NCBI GenBank assembly: GCA_038087875.1
Contig: CM075987.1
Coordinates: forward strand, 25,174,001 to 25,238,000
DNA length: 64,000 bases
Origin: Malacoraja senta
Taxonomy: Eukaryota
Reading direction: 5' to 3'
The position numbers were made by a program, and so were the translations under genes. Below, in pieces: positions 35,307 through 49,934 of the stretch. The notes under the pieces are model-generated. The model was given only the letters and a program-made list of their open reading frames with translations. It was not told the DNA's origin and ran no database searches. Within the stretch, counting starts at the first letter, position 1. Each line of letters opens with the position of its first letter.

Positions 35307-35750
35307 GATAGACACAAAATGCCGGAGTAACTCAGCGGGACAGGCAGCATTTCTGGCAGAGAAGGAATGGGTGACGTTTCGGGTCGAGACCCTTCTTCAG
35401 ACTGAAAGTCACAGGAAAGGGAAACGAGAGATGTAGACAATGATTTATAGAACAACTGAATGAAAGATATGCAAAAAAGTCACGATGATAAGCGAAACAG
35501 GCCATTGTCAGCTGATTGCTAGGCGAGAACGAGAAGCTGGTGTGACTTGGGTGGGGGAGGGATGGAGTGGGAGGGAACGCAGAGGTTACCTGAGGTTGGA
35601 GAATCAATACTCATACTCCTGGGGTGTAAGCTGCCCAAGCGGAACATGAGATGCTGTTCCTCCAATTTGCATTTAACCTCACTCTTGCAATAGAGGAAGC
35701 CCTAGGACAGAAATGGTCAGTGTGGGAATGGGAAGGGGAATTAAACTGTT
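35307..35750 (-). mobile_element. PLE 3' end with GIY-YIG remnant; intact hammerhead core 35373-35400
   Basis: Reverse strand reads FNSPSHSHTD..KLEEQHLMFRLGSLHP, followed by the pLTR. Confidence 0.85.
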
Positions 35751-36129
35751 AACTCGTTCTCCTTGCAAGCTAGTTTGCTGAGGCGCTTTAGAATGTAACG
35801 CTACACAATACTCAAGGTCTGCTTTTGTTCATCGTGAATAGATTTTCAAAGTTTCTCTTTGAGAGAATGCATTGGTGTTGGCAACTGCTTGCCAAACACA
35901 TTTTAGAAAAGACTACAATAAACACAAATGCTAGCAGGAAAATCATTTCTCTTCCCAAAACAATGGGTTATTTCCAGAATTTCAGGAAACGTTATTGGTC
36001 GTGTGATATTTTCATTTACACGTAACTGTTTAAAAATTTGCAAAGCACAACATCGTAAATCATAAGTACATATTAACACATTCGCAAAAGGAAATGTTTT
36101 TGTTAAATTCATGTTAAATATTAATGTTC

Positions 36130-36635
36130 ATGTTCATAAGTGATAGGAGCAGAATTAGGCCATTCGGCCCATCAAGTCTTATTCGCCATTGAATCACGGC
36201 TGATTTATCTTTCCCTCTTAACACCATTCTCCTGCCTTCTCCCCGTAACCCCTGACACCCACACTAATCAAGAATCTATCTATCTTTGCCTTAAAATATC
36301 CATTGACTTGGCTCCACAGCCTTCTGTGGCAAAGAATTCCACAGATTCACCACCCTCTGACTAAAGAAATTCCTCCTCATCTCCTTCCTAAAGGAACATC
36401 CTTTCATTCTGAGGCTATGACCTCTGGTCCTAGACTCTCCCACTAGTGGAAACACCCTCTCCACATCCACTATCCAGGCCTTTCACTATTTGGTAAGTTT
36501 CAATCAGGTGTCCCTTCATCCTTCTAAACTCCAGCGAGTACAGACCCAGTGCCGTTAAAAACGCTCATGATATGTTACCGGCACTCATTCCTGGGAACAT
36601 TCTCGTAAACCTCCTCTGGACCCTCTCCAGAGCCA
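36130..36635 (-). mobile_element. CR1 LINE 3' end
   Basis: Colinear with 63260-63770 reversed. Confidence 0.9.
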
Positions 36636-37079
36636 GGTGTGGGACTGAAGACTGCTACTGTGTCGCAGGACTTGCACAGGATGGATAGACTAGTCTCTAT
36701 CTTTGCTGCCAGTTCCTCTGACTCCATGACTGTTTATTCCAAGCCAACGTGATCCGAAAGGTGCACGGCTTGCAATTGCTCTGCTAACATTTCTAACAAA
36801 CTGTTTGATTGATTTTTGATGCACTTAAGTGCATTATTATGTCAGTGGTATTGGGCCATTTAAGATAATTGAGTTGCACCTTTGTTATAATGTAGTGACA
36901 TCTTGTGCTGCAGTTCTGAGAGCAAATAGATCATTCTCTTTTATAGTACCTTATTCCGATTTCTGACCAGAATAAACGGGTTGAGATCATAATTGCAGGT
37001 GCTGGAATCTTCCGCAAAATACAGACATATGTAAACTTGCTCTTCCTGATTGAAAGGAATTCACAATTAATCCTAGAGT

Positions 37080-37572
37080 TATTTTAATAGGAACCTGAGG
37101 GGTAACTTTTGCACGCAAAGGGTGGTGGGGTGTGTGGAACGAGCTGCCGGAGGAGGTAGTTGAGGCTGGCACTGGTTCATTAAGAGGGTATCGGATAAAT
37201 ACTTCATAGAGCTAAGAAAATGGAGGAGGACTGTAGACATTGAGTCACAGTCATAGATTCCTCTAATGTGGAAACAGGCCCTCCAACTCAACTTGCCCAC
37301 AGTCCCATCTACACTAGTCCCACCAGCCTTTGTTTGGCCCATATCCATCTAAACCTGTCCTATCCATCTATATGTTTCTTGAAAAGTTTGCGGCAGTATC
37401 TGCCTTAACTACCTCCTCCGGCATCTCGTTCCATGCAGCATTCAGAGGAAGGGTCTTGACCTGAAACGTCACCTATTCCTTCTCTCCAGAGATGCTGCCT
37501 GACACAACGAGTTACTCCGGCATTTTGTGCCTTTCATCGGTGTAAACCAGCACCTGCAGTTCTTTCCTCCAC
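37080..37572. mobile_element. CR1 fragments (+ 37080-37200, - 37240-37435) and a PLE pLTR (37445-37572)
   Basis: Motif matches to other copies in the window. Confidence 0.7.
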
Positions 37573-37867
37573 ATCCTTGACACCAGGCCACATTGTCTAG
37601 CTGTGCTGGACTCTCCTCTATGCCGCTGCATCCTTCCATGTCGCTGTAATCCCACCACCATTTGCACCTTAACAGAAGTGGACCATGACGAATCGCAGCA
37701 GCATCCAGCTGTGCCAATAATCTTCTCCATTTACATTCATGAATGAAGATGATTTGATCTCGAATGCATCTGATCGTCTTAAACCAGAATTCTGATTGAA
37801 ACCTGCGATTGACAATGAGGCAGCAAGAATTAATGGTGATGGCTGAGACAGTACAAATTAATTAGTG

Positions 37868-38176
37868 GTTTAGTTTTCGTTTAGATTAGAGATACAGCGC
37901 GGAAAAACAGGCCATTCGGCCCACCCAGTCCGCACCAACCAGCGATCCCCATACACTAATACTATCCTACACACACTAGGGACAATTTACACATACACCA
38001 AGCCAATTTAACCCACAAACCTGTACGTCTTTGGAGTGTGGGAGGAAACCGAGGATCTCGGAGAAAACCCACGCAGGTCACGGGGAGAACGTGCAAACTC
38101 CGTACAGACAGCACCGGTAGTCTGGGTCTCCAGCGCTTGAAGGCAGCAACTCTACCGCTGCGCCACCGTGCCGCCC
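37868..38176 (-). mobile_element. V-SINE
   Basis: Full-length reverse copy with a small head deletion. Confidence 0.85.
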
Positions 38177-38759
38177 ATATGATTTTACTCACGTAGGAGA
38201 TAAAATAGAAACTTATATAGATGGTGTCTGAAAATTGAAATGCCCTCGTCAAATACTAATCACCCTTTCTGAATATATATTAATTTGGCAGATCTCGGTT
38301 CATCTCTCGCCATCTGTTTCGTCACCTCTTGTCAATTCCTGCCACTCTTGTACTCTTGCCTAAGTGAACACATTTGGACATATACTGGGGTTGTTTAGCT
38401 TGTGTTTCCAGTCGGAATAGTGTCTCCGCGATTAAATTAAAATCTTGTATTCCAGTGGCAATCTTGGAAGAATCTCAACAAAAAAAGTGTCTCTTTTTAA
38501 TTTGCATACAGAATTAAGGTGTTAGGTCTCTGCGGTGTAATTGCCAAGAATGTTCTCATAAATATGGTGGCTCCAGATGAAGTTTAGCCGCACTTATGCC
38601 GAGAAATTTAATTTCTTGATGCGGTGGAGTTTTTTTCCAACGTCATGCAATTGGATTATTTTCCCCCAGAGTGACGTGCGATAACCAGTTCCAGATCATT
38701 TTCTCACAATCTGGATAATTTGACCTGACTTATCCATGATTGTGACTTGGTCCATGCGC

Positions 38760-39470
38760 ACAAAATCACGAGAGGAATAGATCGGGTAGACGCACAGAGC
38801 CTCTTGCCCAGAGTTGGGGAATTAAGAACCAGAGGTTCATGGTGAAGGGGGAAAGATTTAATAGGAACCTGTGGGGTAACTTTTTCACACATAGGGTGTA
38901 TGGTGGGTGTATGGAACGAGTTGCTGGAAGAGGTATTTGAGGCAGGTACTATCGTAAAGTTTAGCAAACATTTAGACAGGTACATGAATAGGACATGAAT
39001 AAGACTCTCACCCTGGCCACAAACTCTTTGAATCACTTCCCTCTGGAAGGCGACTCCGGACTGTCAAAGCTGCCACAGCCGGACATAAAAACAGTTTTTA
39101 TCCACGAGTAGTTGCTCTACGCAACAGCCAAAAATCTGTAGCCTCCCTTTGATCTGGTATTTTGTTGGTTCACATGCTTGATCAATGGTGTTTTATCATT
39201 AATGTTTTATTATTATTAATGTTTAGTGTTTTCTGAGTCATTCGTAACTGTCACTGTATGTCATGTTGTTACTTGTGGGCGGAGCACCAAGGCAAATTCC
39301 TTGTATGTGAATACTTGGCCAATAAACTTACTTACTTACTTATGTTTGGAGGGATATGGGCCAAACGCAGGCAGGTAGGACTAGTGTAGATGGGAAATGT
39401 TGGCCGGTATGGGCAATTTGGGCCAAAGGGCCTGTTTCCACGTTGCAAGAATCTAACACTTCATGTGACC
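38760..39470 (+). mobile_element. CR1 3' end interrupted by a Rex1 3' end (~39001-39342)
   Basis: Insert reads SHPGHKLFESLPSGRRLRTVKAATAGHKNSFYPRVVAL and ends aataaa(CTTA)n. Confidence 0.85.
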
Positions 39471-40430
39471 TTGAGCCCCAAAACAATTTCCATTGAAAAT
39501 GTAAATTGTCCCTGATGTAGGGTAGTGTTAATGTGCGAGGGATCACTGGTCAGTGCTGACCCAGTGGGCCGAAGGGCCAGTTTCTGCGCTGTATCTCTGA
39601 GAATCTAACTAAACTACTGCTCCCCATCTTCCGAGAGTTAACTGTCATCTCTAATATTAGCAGCACCATCCTCCTCTTCAACATGCTGTTGGTCAACTGG
39701 ATGAGACAAACTTCACCTATTCCCATGACAAACACAAAATGCTGGAGTAACTCAAGTTCAAGTTCAAATTTATTTGTCTCATGCACCTTCAGGTGCAGTG
39801 AAATGTAATTTACCATGCAGCGTTACAAGCGGGTCAGGCGGCATCTCTGGAGAGAAGGAATGGGTGCCGATTTGGGTCGAGACCCTTCCACGGACTGAGA
39901 GTCAGGAGAGAAGGAGATACGGAAGTGTAAGGTGTGAAAACAAGACATCAAAGGGGACATCTATTCCCACACTCAGTTGTAGCTTCCCTTGCCAATCCCA
40001 CAAACCGGGTCAAGGATCCATCTGTACTCTCCACAGTTACACCTACACTCATCTGAAGACATGTTGGGTTATGCCCACGGCACTTGGATCTATTTTGTCC
40101 CTGGACCTCCCCACGTCTTCTGATTCTCACATCATTTGTCTGGAAAGATGCAAGTTATCGGCCTGGAGACTATCACTGAAACATCTAGTAAAATGGTACT
40201 TGCAGCAAGATGTGATAAGCATTGTGTACGTAGGCCGTGAGTCTTTAGCCAACTTATGGACCATGTGCAATTTTAAGATTTTAAGGCAAAGTGAATTTCT
40301 TTGCACAATGACCCAACATGGCTAGAGCTGCTGAGGTGTGGGACCCTTCTTCAGACCACTTCTGTCAAAATTAATGAGCAAATCCTCTCCAATTGGGCTT
40401 ATATTCACTGGAATTTAGAAGGATGAGAGA

Positions 40431-41077
40431 GTCAAGTCAATTTTATTTCTATAGCACATTTAAAAACAACTCTCGTTGACCAAAGTGCTTTGCATCAGTG
40501 CAGGTACTAACATGCTACATACAGTGGTACATAGATCAACAATACATACATAAATACATACATACAGCGCTCCATCAAGGACCTCAAGAAACGCTTGTGA
40601 GTAAAAATAAGTTTTAAGTCTAGACTTAAAAGAGTCGATGGAGGGGGCAGTTCTAATGGGAAGAGGGATGCTGTTCCATAGTCTAGGTGCTGCAACCGCA
40701 AAAGCGCGGTCGCCCCTGAGCTTATGCCTGGACCGCGGGATGGTCAGTAACCCCAAGTCGGCTGACCTGAGGGACCTGGAGGTAGTATGGTTGGTTAGCA
40801 GATTTTTGATGTAGGTGGGGGCAAGCCCGTTAAGGGCTTTGTGTACATAAAGGAGGAGCTTGAAATTGATTCTGAACTGCACTGGGAGCCAGTGGAGAGA
40901 GGCCAGAATCGGGGTGATGTGGTCCCTTTTACCACAGCATTGACTTGTTTGTCAAACTTCAACGCGGAGTCAAATATCACGCCAAGGTTTTTGACTTGAG
41001 GTTTGAGTAAGGTGCTAAGGCTTCCAAGGCTGCCCGCTATCGTATTGATGGAGTTCGAGGGGCCGAGTAGGATGACC
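40431..41077 (-). mobile_element. L2-clade LINE 3' end with an internal deletion
   Basis: GVIFDSALKFDKQVNAVVK joined to HITPILASLHWLPVQFRINFK..AFAVAAPRLWNSIP..FKSRLKTYFY; (TTGAC)n tail. Confidence 0.9.
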
Positions 41078-41189
41078 TTAAGAGGATCTTAAGGGATTGG
41101 ACAGGCTAGATGCAGGAAAAATGTTCCCCGATGTTGGGAGAGTTCAGAACCAGGGGGTCACTGTTTAAGAGTAAGGGGTAGACCATTTA

Positions 41190-41563
41190 CATAGAAACAT
41201 AGAAACATAGAAATTAGGTGCAGGAGTAGACCATTCGGCCCCTTCGAGCCTGCACCGCCATTCAATATGATCATGGCCGATCATCCAACTCAGTATCCCA
41301 TACCTGCCTTCTCTCCATACCCTCTGATCCCTTTAGCCAAAACGGCCACATCTAACTCCCTCTTAAATATAGCTAATGAACTGGCCTCGACTACCCTCTG
41401 TGGCAGAGAGTTCCAGAGATTCACCACTCTCTGTGTGAAAAAAGTTCTTCTCATCTCGGTTTTAAAGGATTTCCCCCTTATCCTTAAGCTGTGACCCCTT
41501 GTCCTGGACTTCCCCAACATCGGGAGCAATCTTCCTGCATCTAGCCTGTCCAACCCTTTAAGA
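41190..41563 (-). mobile_element. CR1 3' end nested in CR1
   Basis: TSD accattta (41182-41189, 41564-41571); (CATAGAAA)n tail. Confidence 0.9.
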
Positions 41564-42146
41564 ACCATTTAGGACTGAGATGAGGAACAACTTTTTCACC
41601 CAGAGAGTTGTGAATCTGTGGAATTCTCTGCCACAGAAAGCAGTGGAGGCCAATTCACTGGATGTTTTCAAGAGCGAGTTAGATAGAGGGTTAATGGAAT
41701 CAAGGGATATGGGGAGAAAGCAGGAGCAGGGTCCTGATTTTGGATGATCAGCCATGATCATATTGAATGGCGGTGCTGGATCGAAGGGCCGAATGGCCTA
41801 CTCCTGCACCCATTTTTTATGATTCGATGTTTCTATGTTTCTAATTGATAGCACAAAACTTGTGTTGCTCTCTGCCTCTGGAATTTAATTATTTTGATAT
41901 CAATGGACCTGAATTAGAGACAAAGGGAGACATCAAACACTGCCACATGGCATCCATTGTGCCAGGAAAATGGAGATCAATTTGAAGACATTTGTCACAG
42001 GTTAATATTTCTTTATGTGCCAGTCGATTAGCGAGTTAAGTATTGACGTTGCTCTTTATGAAACGCAATGACAATGAGTGCTTGCAGATTTTTAGATTGT
42101 TCATGTTATCTTGCTTGAGATGAATACAGCATTCACCCAGGACTAA

Positions 42147-42751
42147 AAGGTCTGTCTCACGAATCTGCGGTCATTGGCGGCGAAACGGGAAGAATCTGCC
42201 GCCATAGACCGCGCACTCGTGAGAAAGAACAATTCCCGGGCCGTGCGACGGTGTTCCCAACACCGCGCGGTGCAAAAATAAAATCGACAATGTCGAAAAC
42301 CAAATACTCACCGCACAACCTCCACCAGTGATGCACGTGTGCGCACGGCCGCTCGCACGGGCCGCCGCCAGTGTGGGTCGAGCGCCGTGCGTCAAACCTC
42401 CTCTGCCACAGCCTCCGCCAGTGACGCACGTGCCGCCGCCAGTTGAGGCACGTGTGCTGCGCGGCCGCAGGCACAGCCACCACTACAGCGCCGCGATCAG
42501 GATGGCCGCCGCCACAGCCGCCGCTGGTGAGTCACGTGCGGGGGGCCGACGTCATCGCAGTCGGCCCGCCCTTTTTTTACTTACCGCAAGCACGTGGGAC
42601 CCGCCGTGTTTGAATTAACTCGGCCCCCACGCAGCATGCGCGCGGCGCTCCGGTGGATAGGCTCGACGCTCTCGCCGTTGCCCGCGCGGTCCTCGCTACC
42701 GGCGACGCCGCGCTTCACCGCCGATGACCGCAAACAGGTAAGACACGGCCT
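42147..42751. mobile_element. CpG-rich Harbinger-type non-autonomous element
   Basis: Imperfect TIRs aggtctgtctcacgaatctgcggtcattggcgg / ccgccgatgaccgcaaacaggtaagacacggcct; TAA on both sides. Confidence 0.75.
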
Positions 42752-42805
42752 TAAGACCCTGTGTCACTAATGATCAGGAAACTAATCATGGCCGATTTTC
42801 TGAAC

Positions 42806-43110
42806 TGTTTAGTTTAGTTTAGAGATACAGCACGGAAGCGGATCCTTCGGACCACTGTGTCCGCGCCAACCAGCCATCCCCGCACACTAACACTATCCTA
42901 CACACACTAGGGGCAATTTACATTCATACCAAGCCAAGTAAACCACAAACCTATACGTTTTTGCAGTGTGGGAGGAAACTGAAGATCTCGGAGAAACCCA
43001 CGCAGGTGACGGGGAGAACGTACAAACTTCATACAGGCAGCACCCGTAGTCAGGATCGAACCCAGGTCTCTGGCACTGTAAGGCAGCAACTCTACCGCTG
43101 CTCCACCCCA
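42806..43110 (-). mobile_element. V-SINE
   Basis: Full-length reverse copy. Confidence 0.85.
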
Positions 43111-44324
43111 ATGGGCCATTATAGCAGTTTCTTCAGCATTAAACTGTGGACTGAAATCGAGTAAAAGAACAGGCTGGAGATACTTGGCAAGGCAGGCAGC
43201 AGCTGTGGAGGGAGAAACGGAGTTAGCATTTCACCAGAAAACCCCACTCTTGTCTCCTGTGCCAGTCGTCAAACAGGCCATGAAACAGAGCAGAACGGAA
43301 CTGCAGACGCTGGTTTACACCGAAAGTCAGTGCAAAGAGCTGGAGTAACTCAGCGTGTCAGGCAACATCTCTGGGAGAAGACGGATGTGTGACATTTCTG
43401 ACCGGGACACTCCTTCAGCCAAAATAACCCGTTCTTGCAAATAATCAACAAATACAAGGAAATATTCAGCTTTATTGTTAACTTCGATGAAAAGATATTG
43501 AAGGCAAAATTGAGATGAATATTTTGTCAATTGTTCAACAGGTATAATAACCTAACAATGAAGAACAAGTCTTTAGGAGAATAATCGAGCCATTGAATGG
43601 TGTTGCATTGATTGCTTATAATGACCATAAAATACGAATCTCCAGTTAATCAGACAACGTATGTTTGCGATAATCATCTTATTGCAAAGAAGTCAGACCT
43701 TTATGCACCAGAAACATGTGTTGAGGCAATAGTTAGACACAAAAAGCTGGAGTAACTCAGCGGGTCCAACAGCATCTCTGGAGAAAAGGAATAGGTGACG
43801 TTTCTGGTCGAGACGCTTCCTCAGACAGCCTGAGATCATTCGATGCCACCTCTGATTGGTCCTGGGCTATTTTTCACCTCCGGCTCTTCACCCCCCACCC
43901 CCGAGAGAGTTAGATTTAGCTCTTGGGGCTAATGGAATCAAGGGATATGGGGAGAAAGCAGCAACTGGGTACTGATTTTTGGATGATCAGCCATGATCAT
44001 ATTGAATGGCGGTGCGGGCTCAAAGGGCTGAATGGCCTCTACTCCTGCACCTATTTTCTAAGTTTCAACCTACAGTCAGAAGAAGGGTCCCGACCCAAAA
44101 CGGAACCCATCCTTTCTCTCCGGAGATGCTGCCTGACCCGATAAGTATGTCCAGAATGTTGTGTCTGTCTTAGGTCATGAAAGGTAGTTGTTTTAATGTG
44201 CATCCAAGCAGGACTGGTCAGTACCATAGGTGACGTTGCATCACTGAGATGCGTGAGATCACTGTGGCAGATTAATTGGGAGGTTTTATCTGAGCCGATG
44301 TTATTCAGCAATTTGTGTACAAGT

Positions 44325-44829
44325 TTTTTAGATTTTAGTTTTGGAGATATAGCATGGAAACAGGCCCCTCGGCCCCTCGAGTCCACACCGACCAGCAATC
44401 CCCGCACATTAACACTATCCTACGCATGCGAGGGCCAATCTTTACATTTATACAAAGCCAATTAACCTACACACCTGAAGGTAGACAAAAAAGCTGGAGA
44501 AACTCAGCGGGTGAGGCAGCATCTATGGAGCGATGGAATTGGCGCCTTTTCCTTCGCTCCATAGATGCTGCCTCACCCGCTGAGTTTCTCCAACTTTTTT
44601 GTCTACCTTCGATTTTTTTCCAGCATCTGCAGTTCTTTCTTAAACCTACAAACCTGTACGTCTTTGGAGTGAGGGAGGAAACCGGAGATAGATCTCGGAG
44701 AAAAAACCCACACAGGTCACGGGGAGAACGTACAACCTCCGTGCAGACAGCACTAGTAGCCAGGATCGAACCTGTGACCCAAGTCTATGGCGCTGGCAGA
44801 CAGCGACTCTACCACTGCGCCACCCTGCC
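44325..44829 (-). mobile_element. V-SINE containing a palindromic PLE pLTR insert (44478-44642)
   Basis: TSD aacctaca(c/a)acctg at 44464-44477 and 44643-44656. Confidence 0.85.
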
Positions 44830-45244
44830 ATCATAGATCCTACTTGGGTTGGATTGAGGTTAAAGAATGATATGGATATACCGAAGAGCGGGGAAGGAGA
44901 GAAGGGTTCTTCACAGCATGTGTTACATGTTCTGAGTGTAAATGAGCTGCCTGCTGTCTTCATTGTAACCACAGAAGCACCTTGTGTTGCAAATTAATGC
45001 TGAAATTTACATAATAATGTTGAAGCTTACTTGTATTTAAATTTACAAATCAATTTACCAATACATGTCACTACGCCAGAGTAAGTGGGAATTAAATCTT
45101 GAAAGAGAATTCTGAATCTCTTTGTTCTTTGCAACTGTTTGCAAAAAATTTTTTTTTTTTGTCAGTTATATTTTCTGCAATTTGTTCTCAACGACAGTGG
45201 GAGATCATAAACCCGTGAATGTATTTCCTGGCTGAATTTTAAAA

Positions 45245-45945
45245 TGCCCATACCGACCAAAATGCCCATCTACACTAGTCCCACCTGCCTGCATTTGGCC
45301 CATATCCCTCTAAACCTGTCCTGTTCCTGTACCTGTCTAAATGTTTCTTAAACATTGCAATAGCCCCTGCCTCAACCACCTCCTCCGGCAGCTCGTTCCA
45401 TACACCCACCAACCAACCACCCTTTGTGTGAAACAAACCTTCCATATGTCCTCTGGGTTCACGATTTCCCCAACCTTGGGCAAGAGAGTCTGTGTGTTCA
45501 CCCCCATCTATTCCTCTCATGATTTTGTACACCTCTACAAGATCACCTCTCATCCTCCTGCGCTGCAAGGAATGGAGCCCCAGCCTGCTCAACCTCTCCC
45601 TGTAGCTCAGGCCCCGGCAACACACTCATCAATCTTCTCCGCACCATTGTCTGGGAAGGAACCGCAGATGTTGGTTTAAACCGAAGATAGACACAAAATG
45701 CTGGAGTAACTCAGCGGGGCAAGCAGCATCTCTGGAGAGAAGGAATGGTCTGCAGAAGGGTTTCGACCCGAAACTGTTCTGCTGAGTTACTCAAGCATTT
45801 TGTGTCTATCTTCTCTGCACCATTTCCAGCTTGACAACATCTTTCCTGTGATACTATGCCCAAAACTGAGCACAGTATTCCAAATGTTGCCTCAACAACA
45901 TGTGTAAGTGCGACATGACATCCCAACTTCTACACTTAATACATC
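45245..45945 (-). mobile_element. CR1 fragment interrupted by a PLE pLTR pair (45650-45815)
   Basis: GLSYRERLSRLGLHSLQRRRMRGDLVEVYKIMRG..WNELPEEVVEAG. Confidence 0.8.
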
Positions 45946-46202
45946 TCAGTCGTAAATGTCTAGTCCCGTATCCTGGGAATGTGGTGTCATCTCCTCTCCT
46001 TGGCCACACCGTTGCTTCCTGCCATCTGTGGTGGAAACGGAAGCGCAGGAGACAGACTTGTGCTTTCCATCTGTGCCAGTGTGATCTTCTTTGCCGTACG
46101 TCTCTTTCCCTAATCCTTTACAGCTGCTTCGACAGACTGCACGAGTTCAAGCACGACGTCTTTCAGGTTGTTGTTGTTGTTGGTGTTCAAGCTGAACAGT
46201 CA

Positions 46203-46510
46203 GGGCCAGTTGGCGCAGTGGTACAGTTGCTGTCTTGCAGCGCCAGAGACCCGGGTTCAATCCTGACTACAGGTGCTGCCTGTACGGAGTTTGTACGTTC
46301 TCCCCGTGACCTGCGTGGCTTTTTTCCCGGCTGCACCGGTTTCCTCCCACACTACAAAGACGTACGGGTTTGTGGGTTAATTGGCTTTGGTAAAAAATTG
46401 TAAATGGTCCCTAGTGTGTAGAATAGTGCTAGTGACAGTGTACGTGGATTGCTGGTCGGCGCGGACTCGGTGGGCCGAAAGCCTGTTTCCCCGGTGTATT
46501 TCTTTAAATA
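46203..46510 (+). mobile_element. V-SINE
   Basis: Head, V-domain, tail. Confidence 0.85.
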
Positions 46511-47554
46511 AAACGTTGCAGTAAGCGTGCAGTAAGGGTGCAGTAATGTGGGGATGATCAACCATGATCACATTGAATGGCGGTGCTGGCTCGAAGGGCC
46601 AAATGGCCGACTCCTGCACCTATTGTCTATTGTCTATTGTCTATTGTAAGCATGAAAACTACCAAAATACAACTGGTGTGTGGTTGACATTAATTGACGA
46701 TGATAATCCCAACAAAATGGATGGAAATCTGATGAATGTTACCTGTTTCTCCTTCCACTGACGCCACCCGACCTGCTGAATGTTCCCAGCATCTTCATTC
46801 AAGCATCAGTTGACCTTGTACTCCTTTTCAACAGGTATCACCCCCCCCCCCCCCCCCCCCAAAGGAACCACAAGAGGTAGTTGAGGCAGGGACGATTGTG
46901 ACGTTTAAGAAACAATTAAACAGGTACATGGATGGGATGGGTTTAGAGAGATATGCAGGCAGGTGGGACAGGTATACATGGGATTTGTTGGTTGGTGTGG
47001 GCAAGTTGGGCCGAAGGGACTGTTTCTGTGCTGTATCCGACTCCAGGATTACTCTGCAGTCACACTATCACTCCTTGAGCAACTGCCCCAGAAGCAGGGC
47101 CTATGAGTGGGGGGGTGCAGGGGGGTAACATCGTACCTGGGCCCGGGGAACGAAAGGGGGCCCGGGAGCCAAGGGAGGAGGGCCGGGAATTTCCTGAAAT
47201 GTCAGAAAATATTTGCGTATGTTTTGTGAAGACGAGCATTCACATTTTGTGTGAGCCTACATAGTTTTATATATCGTGGTTCGTAGACATTGTGATCCAT
47301 AATAAAGCGGGGAATTTTAACTGGAGGGTGTGAGGTCGGGGTAACCTGATTAAAAGAGGGGGAAGGGGAAGGCCCATCACTACTGATGGATCCACCCTGT
47401 AGTAGTTGGGGGGGGGGGGGGGGCATTAGGGCTCAGCAGAGTCAGACCACATGCTGTCTACATGGTGGAGGTTGTAGGCCTGGACCTGCACCTGAACCAA
47501 AGATACTAGAGGAGGCTTCTCTAGTATCTTTGCTTGGAACTCTGGTGAGGTGAA

Positions 47555-47837
47555 TGTGTGTGTGTGGTGGGTGTGGGTGTGTGGTGGTGTGTGTGTGTGT
47601 GGGGTGTGTGTGGTGTGTGTGGGGGTGAGTGTGTGTGTGTGTGTGGGTGTGAGTGTGAGTGTGTGGTGTGGGTGTGTGGGTGTGTGTGTGAGTGAGTGTG
47701 TGGTGTGTGGTGTGTGTGTGGTGTGGTGTGGTGTGTGGGTGTGTGTGTGGTGTGTGTGTGTGTGTGGTGTGTGTGGGTGTGTGGGTGTGTGGGTGTTGTG
47801 TGTGTGTGTGTGTGTGTGGGGTGTGGGTGTGGTGTGT

Positions 47838-47877
<40 letters not shown>

Positions 47878-48056
47878 TGGTGTGTGTGTGTGTGTGGGTG
47901 TGTGTGTGTGTGTGTGTGTGGGTGTGTGTGTGTGTGTGTGTGTGGGTGTGTGTGTGTGTGTGTGTGGGTGTGTGTGTGTGTGTGGGTGTGTGTGTGTGTG
48001 TGTGTGTGTGGGTGTGTGTGTGTGTGTGTGTGGGTGTTGTGTGTGTGTGTGTGTGG

Positions 48057-48087
<31 letters not shown>

Positions 48088-48197
48088 TGTGTGTGGGTGT
48101 GTGTGGGTGTGTGTGGTGTGTGGTGTGTGTGTGTGGGTGTGTGTGTGTGTGTGTGGGTGTGTGTGTGTGTGTGTGTGTGGGTGTGTGTGTGTGTGGG

Positions 48198-48228
<31 letters not shown>

Positions 48229-48292
48229 TGGTGTGTGTGTGTGTGTGTGTGTGGGTGTGTGTGTGTGTGGTGTGTGTGGGTGTGTGTGGGTG

Positions 48293-48323
<31 letters not shown>

Positions 48324-48657
48324 TGTGGGTGTGGTGGGTGTGTGTGTGTGTGTGTGTGTGTGGGTGTGTGGTGGGTGTGTGTGGGGGTGTGTGTGTGTGT
48401 GGGTGTGTGGGTGTGTGGTGGTGTGTGGGGTGGTGTGGGTGTGTGTGGGTGTGTGGTGGGTGTGTGGGTGTGTGTGGGTGTGTGGGTGTGGTGGTGGTGT
48501 GGTGGGTGTGTGGGGTGTGTGTGTGTGTGTGTGTGGGTGTGTGGGTGTGTGGGGTGTGTGGGTGTGTGTGGGGTGTGTGTGTGTGGGTGTGTGTGTGTGT
48601 GTGTGGGTGTGTGGGTGTTGTGTGGGTGTGTGTGTGTGTGTGTGTGTGTTTGTGTGT
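47555..48657. repeat. Imperfect (GT)n array
   Basis: Direct reading. Confidence 0.97.
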
Positions 48658-49414
<757 letters not shown>

Positions 49415-49614
49415 NNNNNNNNNNNNNNNNNNNNNNNNNNNNNNNNNNNNNNNNNNNNNNNNNNNNNNNNNNNNNNNNNNNNNNNNNNNNNNNNNNNNNN
49501 NNNNNNNNNNNNNNNNNNNNNNNNNNNNNNNNNNNNNNNNNNNNNNNNNNNNNNNNNNNNNNNNNNNNNNNNNNNNNNNNNNNNNNNNNNNNNNNNNNNN
49601 NNNNNNNNNNNNNN
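49415..49614. other. Assembly gap (200 N)
   Basis: N run. Confidence 1.
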
Positions 49615-49933
49615 AGAATTAAGGGACAGAAGTTTAGGGGGAACATTAGGGTGAACTTCTTTACTCAGAGAGTGGTAGCTGTGTGGAATGAGCTTCCAGT
49701 GGAAGTGGTGGAGGCAGTTCGATGTTATCCTTTAAAAATAGATTGGATGGGTATATGGACGGGAAAGGAATGGAGGGTTATGGTCTGAGTGCAGGTAGAT
49801 GGGACTAGGGGGAAGTATTCTATTTTTAATTTAAAAAAAAAAATAAAAAAAAAAATTTAAATGTTCGGCACGGACTTGAAGGGCGAGATGGCCTGTTTCC
49901 GTGCTGTTATGGTTATATGGTTATATGGTTATC
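49615..49933 (+). mobile_element. CR1 3' end with (TATGGTTA)n tail
   Basis: ttctttactcagagagtggtagctgtgtggaatgagcttcca. Confidence 0.8.
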
Positions 49934-49934
49934 A

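Larger units (their letters stand above)
40390..41842 (+). mobile_element. CR1 3' end carrying two nested insertions
   Basis: Pieces 40390-40430, 41078-41189 and 41572-41842 join to the CR1 consensus. Confidence 0.8.

Noticed and set aside
42147..42751. CpG island suggesting a gene promoter or first exon
   Set aside because: Bounded exactly by imperfect TIRs and TAA duplications, so a transposon explains it.
46090..46200. Short minus-strand frame LFSLNTNNNNNLKDVVLELVQ
   Set aside because: About 30 codons, partly (TTG)n repeat, with no splice or homology support.
47094..47432. Possible hAT-like MITE starting cagggcc
   Set aside because: No matching right TIR or 8-bp TSD found.
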